DNA from: Eledone cirrhosa
Lineage: Eukaryota
Assembly: GCA_964016885.1 (NCBI GenBank)
Contig: OZ024757.1
Coordinates: 8,742,001-8,806,000, forward strand
DNA: 64,000 nucleotides
Direction of reading: 5' to 3'
The translations under genes and the position numbers were made by a program. Under the pieces are notes generated by a model. It saw only the letters and a list, made by a program, of their open reading frames with translations. It had not been told where the DNA came from and did no database searches. The stretch's first letter is position 1. Each line of letters begins with the position of its first letter. This document shows, in pieces, positions 62,201-64,000 of the stretch.

Positions 62201-63101
62201 TATTTAAATGCTTTTTGACCTATCTCAACATAAAAAAACACAGGTATATATAACATATAAATGAATATGAAAGAATGACATAATACATTAAAATATACAA
62301 TATATTTTATAAAAGTGAGTTTAAATTACAACTTACCTTCCATAGTTGTAAGCGCAAATATGGGAGAATCATAGACAAAGGAATCTGCGGAAGAATTGGC
62401 TAAAATAAGAAAAAAATAAAAATTAAATGAAGATATACGATTGAACAATAGGCACATAAGTATACATTCAAAACCCCACACAAATATAAATACATATATT
62501 TATATGTAGAACACAGGGAGGTTATAGACGCAGTAGTAGAGCACTCGGTCCATGGACGAGTTCCTTTGAAGTTAGTTCCACAACAGTTAATAAACCATTT
62601 TCAAGGACAAGGATTTCACCTTGCAGATTTCAACTCGAGTGTATGGGCTATAGCCGAAGAACGGAAGCCTTCCGTTCTACGGCTATAACCCAGTTACTCG
62701 AGTTGAAAATCCGCAAGGTAAAACCCGTGGCCTCTTAGAACTAACTTCTATATATATACATATATATGGTTTCCAAAAGTCCCATTGTGGTGAATTAATT
62801 CTTGAGGACAAGGAAATAAGGAAGGTGGATAACGAAGACTTTGGTGAAAGCAAATCCCCGCACAGCTGTTTGAGAGCTTAAAGGAGATCTAGGAGTAAGC
62901 ACTAGAAGAGTTTTTGAAAATGTGAATGTTTAAATTATAACTTGCACTGTGTATATGTACAGTCATTCACGAATGTATCATTGACCGGAGTCTCTACGTG
63001 AGGCTCGTCTGGAAAAAATAACGAAGAATATAATAGCAAACCCCTCTCTCTCACTTTTTCATCTTTCCCTCTCTCTCTCATTCTCTCTCTCACTCTTTCT
63101 C

Positions 63102-63157
<56 letters not shown>

Positions 63158-63215
63158 CATACATACATACATACATACATACATACATACATACATACAT
63201 ACATACATACATACA

Positions 63216-63249
<34 letters not shown>

Positions 63250-63638
63250 GAATTAGAATTGGTGCTCTGAAATAGCGATATATATATAAATGTATATATA
63301 TAGTGTATTTTGCAATACACTGTATGCTTAATTAAAAGTATTTCGAAGACCTGACGCTATTGTTTTAGGGTTGTGACAGTCTCACTCACTTTAATTTTCA
63401 GCAAGCAGGGGAGATAAAGCTAACAGAGTCCTGTTTCGCACTTTTTGGTGCTTATCAAAGCTAACTACTCCGTCTGTTTGCAGAAAATCATGAATGTTTG
63501 ATTCTTATAGAATTCTAGTAATAATCAGGAACTGATTATACAGAGCGGTTGCCGGTCAAGCAGAAATTGAAAATTAGAATTGGTGCTCTGAAATAGCGAT
63601 ATATATATGAATGTATATATATATATATAGTGTATTTT
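63250..63638 (-). mobile_element. about 320-bp unit bounded by 60-bp direct repeats and containing a hammerhead (retrozyme- or pLTR-like)
   Basis: AATTAGAATTGGTGCTCTGAAATAGCGATATATATA..TAGTGTATTTT at 63251-63310 and 63572-63638. Confidence 0.65.
63418..63462 (-). ncRNA. type I hammerhead ribozyme, U3-A8 variant, full stem III
   Basis: AGCU-UUGAUAA-GCAC(CAAAAA)GUGC-GAAA-CAG(GACU)CUG-UU-AGCU. Confidence 0.8.
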
Positions 63639-64000
63639 ACATATATATATATCGTTCCAACGGCTCTAAAGCAACTCCGAGAGCTGCTTGCGAGTGATCA
63701 GGAAGGAGACCGACTGGTTCCCATCAACAGCAGGATGTAGAGGAGCTGACACAGGCGATGAAGGGCGTTGGTGGACCTGGTTGGCTCTACGCACGTCAAG
63801 GCTTTGGGATCACTAGCTTAGGATGTTCCCGGCCCCATAGAGCAAAAGTAAGAAGAAGAAGAATTTATGCTTGCTCACACACACACACACACACACACAT
63901 CCTATTCCACTAAAAAAACAGGTCGAAGGAAATGGTCTCTCTTGGAGTCTTGTCTGCAAAAAAATACGAAAGAAAATAATTGTTTCTACTTTAGGCACAA

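Overview
AT-rich, repeat-dense eukaryotic DNA, most likely octopod cephalopod (inferred from the short C2H2 zinc-finger cluster and the SINE/RTE repertoire; not confirmed by search). The host genes are three paralogous C2H2 zinc-finger ORFs (5931-6443 -, 26416-27342 -, 43086-43871 +) carried on a duplicated cassette of up to about 6 kb (two direct copies, one shorter inverted copy). Around them are RTE, CR1, CRE and Penelope-like retroelements, two tRNA-derived SINE families, MITEs, Helitron ends, an 80-bp minisatellite derived from a dead zinc finger and a 9.4-kb GT-rich satellite. The main unexplained signal is a set of short elements sitting in (TA)n tracts that carry type I hammerhead ribozyme (HHR) folds. 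I found about ten whole or half HHR motifs from several sequence families, some with the U3-A8 core covariation. Many of these elements are long fold-back palindromes with a one-sided tail, and in at least two the fold-back axis lies in HHR stem II. All folds and alignments were done by eye, and repeat boundaries are approximate.
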